From NCBI GenBank assembly GCA_036149055.1, contig JAYZQJ010000229.1, positions 1 through 40,489 on the forward strand: a stretch of DNA of 40,489 nucleotides, read 5' to 3'. The notes beneath the pieces were generated by a model. It made no database searches. It saw only the letters and a list, made by a program, of their open reading frames with translations, and was not told the origin of the DNA. Positions 38,565 through 40,489 of this stretch are shown here, in pieces (positions within the stretch are counted from its first letter, which is position 1; the number at the start of each line of letters is the position of its first letter). The position numbers were made by a program, and so were the translations under genes. Source of the DNA: Myxococcota bacterium (GTDB lineage: Bacteria; Myxococcota_A; Polyangia; Polyangiales; Sandaracinaceae).

Positions 38565-40489
38565 GTGCGCGACCAGCTGATCGTCTGGCATCGCTGGCTG
38601 CCCCCGCGAGGCGAGAGCGGGGCGCAGCTCGACGCCGTGGCCGCGTGGCGTCGTGAGGTCGAGGCGCGCTTCGAGGTCGTCGGCGGCACCCTGCTCGGCG
38701 CCCTCGGGGCGAGCCTCGCCGCCCGCTTCGATCCGGAGGAGACGGTCGACGTGCTCGGGCAGTGCCTCGAGCTGCTCGCCGTCGCCGACGCCCGGGAGCT
38801 CGACGTCTGCTTCGGCGTCGCGATGGGCCCGCTGCGGGAGCTCCCGAGCGGGCCGGTGAGCGCGGCCATCGAGCTGGCGCAGCTGCTCGCGAACCGGGCC
38901 CGCCCCGGCGAGCTGGTGCTCGATCCCTCGGCGCGCGACCTCGCGTCCGAGGATCTGCTCATGGGCCGGCAGGTCGCGGCCGGGGCCGGCGCGCCGCGCG
39001 GCACCACCGTCGATCGCGCGCACCCGCGTCGCAGCGACAACGCCGACGCGATCGCCGAGCTGCGGCCGCCGAGCATGCCGCCGATCGCGCGCACGCTGCG
39101 CTCGGAGATCGAGGCGAGCCTCTCGTCGGGCGCGTGCCGCACCTTCGTGCTGCGCGGCCCGGTCGGCGGCGGCGCGACCGAGCTGATCGGCGACCTGGCC
39201 CGCGGCCGGGAGGCCAGGATCCTGCGGATCGGCGCGGCCCCCGGCGGCATGGCGCCCCTGGCCAGCCTCCGGCTCGGCCTGCTCCGTCGCTTCGGCACCC
39301 CGCTGCAGGTGAAGCAGGGGCTCTCGAGCGCGGGGGCGACGGCCGGCGGCGCGCGGGTGCTCGCGCGGGTGGCGGGCGGAGAGCTCGTCCCGCTCTCCAC
39401 GCTGGCCGACGCGCTGGTCGAGCTGCTCGCGTTCGACGCCGAGCAGGGCCGCCGCTCGTGGCTGGTCCTGAGCCCGCTGAGCCTGGTGGACGGAGCGACC
39501 CTGCACGCGCTGCTCGAGGCCCGGCGCCGGGGCGGCGACTTCGTGCTCTTCGGCCGCTACCCGATGGAGCTCCCCCTCCCCCGCCCGCTCGCGGAGCTGG
39601 ACGAGCCGGTCGTGGAGCTGACCCTGCCGCCGCTCAAGACCTCGGACGCGCGGGTGGTCGCCGAGGCGGTGCTCGGCGATCGGACCGACGACGACGTCGC
39701 CCGGCGGGTGGCGGTGCTCGGCGGCGACACGGTGCTCGGCGTGGTGGAGGCGGCGCGCACCCTGATCGCGACGGGCGAGCTGGTGAAGGAGGGCGAGGGC
39801 TTCGTCTGGCGCGCGGGCCCCCGCAAGGGCGCCGACGCGGCGAGCGCCGAGGAGCTGCTGACCGAGCGGCTGGAGCTGCTCGACGCCGCGGCGCGACGGG
39901 TGCTGGAGGCGCTCTGCGTGGTGCCGGACGGCTCGCCGCGCGCCCTGCTCGCGGAGGTGGCGGGCCTGGACGGGATCGGAGAGGCGCAGTTCGCGGAGAG
40001 CCTGCAGCTGCTGTCCAAGGAGGCGCTCGCCCGCGGAGAGGAGCGGCCCCGGCCGGCCTCGAGCCTGCTGCGGTGGAGCGTGCTCAGCCTGGTGCCGCCT
40101 GCGCGGGCGATGGAGCTGCACCGCTTCGTCGGTGAGGCGCTCCGGGCGCGCGCCGAGGCCGAGCCGCCGCTCCGGGCCGAGCTCGGCTACTACCTGGTCG
40201 AAGGCGGCCTGGACGACGAGGGGCGGAGCGCGATCACCGAGGTGATCGAGGCGACGCTCGCCGCGGGGTACGAGCGCGCGGCGCGGCAGCTCTCGGGCTG
40301 GCTCGCCGCGATGCGAGCCCGGCGCGAGGAGGCGGCCAAGGGCGCGCGCGCCACCCCCGTGCCCCCGCCCCCCGAGGCGCTGGAGGAGGGCCCGCCGTCG
40401 AGCGAGATCGCGCTCGACGAGCTGCTCGAGGAGGCCGGCGCCGCGCCCCCGACGCCGCCCCCCCCGCCTCCCCCCCCACCCCCGCCCCC
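38565..40489 (+). CDS. Degenerate class III cyclase-like + STAND/AAA ATPase-like protein (3'-partial; absent from ORF track)
   Basis: Open frame from GTG 38565 to the window end (translated by eye): cyclase-like CFGVAMG...AIELAQLLANRARPGELVLD, Walker-A-like VLRGPVGGGAT, Walker-B-like WLVLSPLSLVD, LTLPPL, ERLELLDAAARRVLEALCV, MELHRFVGEAL, terminal poly-Pro. Confidence 0.8.
   Translation, partial: MRDQLIVWHRWLPPRGESGAQLDAVAAWRREVEARFEVVGGTLLGALGASLAARFDPEETVDVLGQCLELLAVADARELDVCFGVAMGPLRELPSGPVSAAIELAQLLANRARPGELVLDPSARDLASEDLLMGRQVAAGAGAPRGTTVDRAHPRRSDNADAIAELRPPSMPPIARTLRSEIEASLSSGACRTFVLRGPVGGGATELIGDLARGREARILRIGAAPGGMAPLASLRLGLLRRFGTPLQVKQGLSSAGATAGGARVLARVAGGELVPLSTLADALVELLAFDAEQGRRSWLVLSPLSLVDGATLHALLEARRRGGDFVLFGRYPMELPLPRPLAELDEPVVELTLPPLKTSDARVVAEAVLGDRTDDDVARRVAVLGGDTVLGVVEAARTLIATGELVKEGEGFVWRAGPRKGADAASAEELLTERLELLDAAARRVLEALCVVPDGSPRALLAEVAGLDGIGEAQFAESLQLLSKEALARGEERPRPASSLLRWSVLSLVPPARAMELHRFVGEALRARAEAEPPLRAELGYYLVEGGLDDEGRSAITEVIEATLAAGYERAARQLSGWLAAMRARREEAAKGARATPVPPPPEALEEGPPSSEIALDELLEEAGAAPPTPPPPPPPPPPP

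Noticed and set aside
40441..40489. C-rich tract as a separate repeat or G-quadruplex element
   Set aside because: It is explained as an in-frame poly-proline linker of the partial CDS, and it lies at the window edge where sequence may be less reliable.

Overview
High-GC bacterial chromosomal segment; gene content (AgmX/PglI-type C-terminal domain proteins, a 7TM-GAF histidine kinase, Ala-rich TPR proteins) points to a myxobacterium, probably Polyangiales/Sandaracinaceae-like (inference). It is mostly housekeeping: ald, thiS-thiG-thiE, purQ-purL, smc, ahpC, glpK, a RimI-like GNAT, pspA, an NDP-sugar epimerase, GST and an M28 peptidase. The most notable non-genic signal is a ~250-300 bp dispersed element in three same-orientation copies (1-192, ~2319-2573, ~7350-7644). 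Its helices show compensatory changes, G-T pairs that work only on the + strand, and repeated gc-GNA-gc caps, and each copy abuts the TGA stop of a minus-strand gene. Two further repeat families sit in the 1.27-kb gap upstream of ald. Other highlights are a near-perfect NrdR box upstream of an apparent smc-gst-purQ-purL operon, a signal peptidase I homolog lacking both catalytic residues, a membrane-anchored AMMECR1-like protein opposite a B12 radical SAM gene, an orphan Rpn C-terminal (RpnS/DUF4351-like) remnant, a Bor-like lipoprotein coupled to an FAD oxidase, and a cyclase-STAND ATPase with degenerate catalytic motifs behind pspA that the ORF track misses. All calls come from motif recognition by eye; no searches were run.
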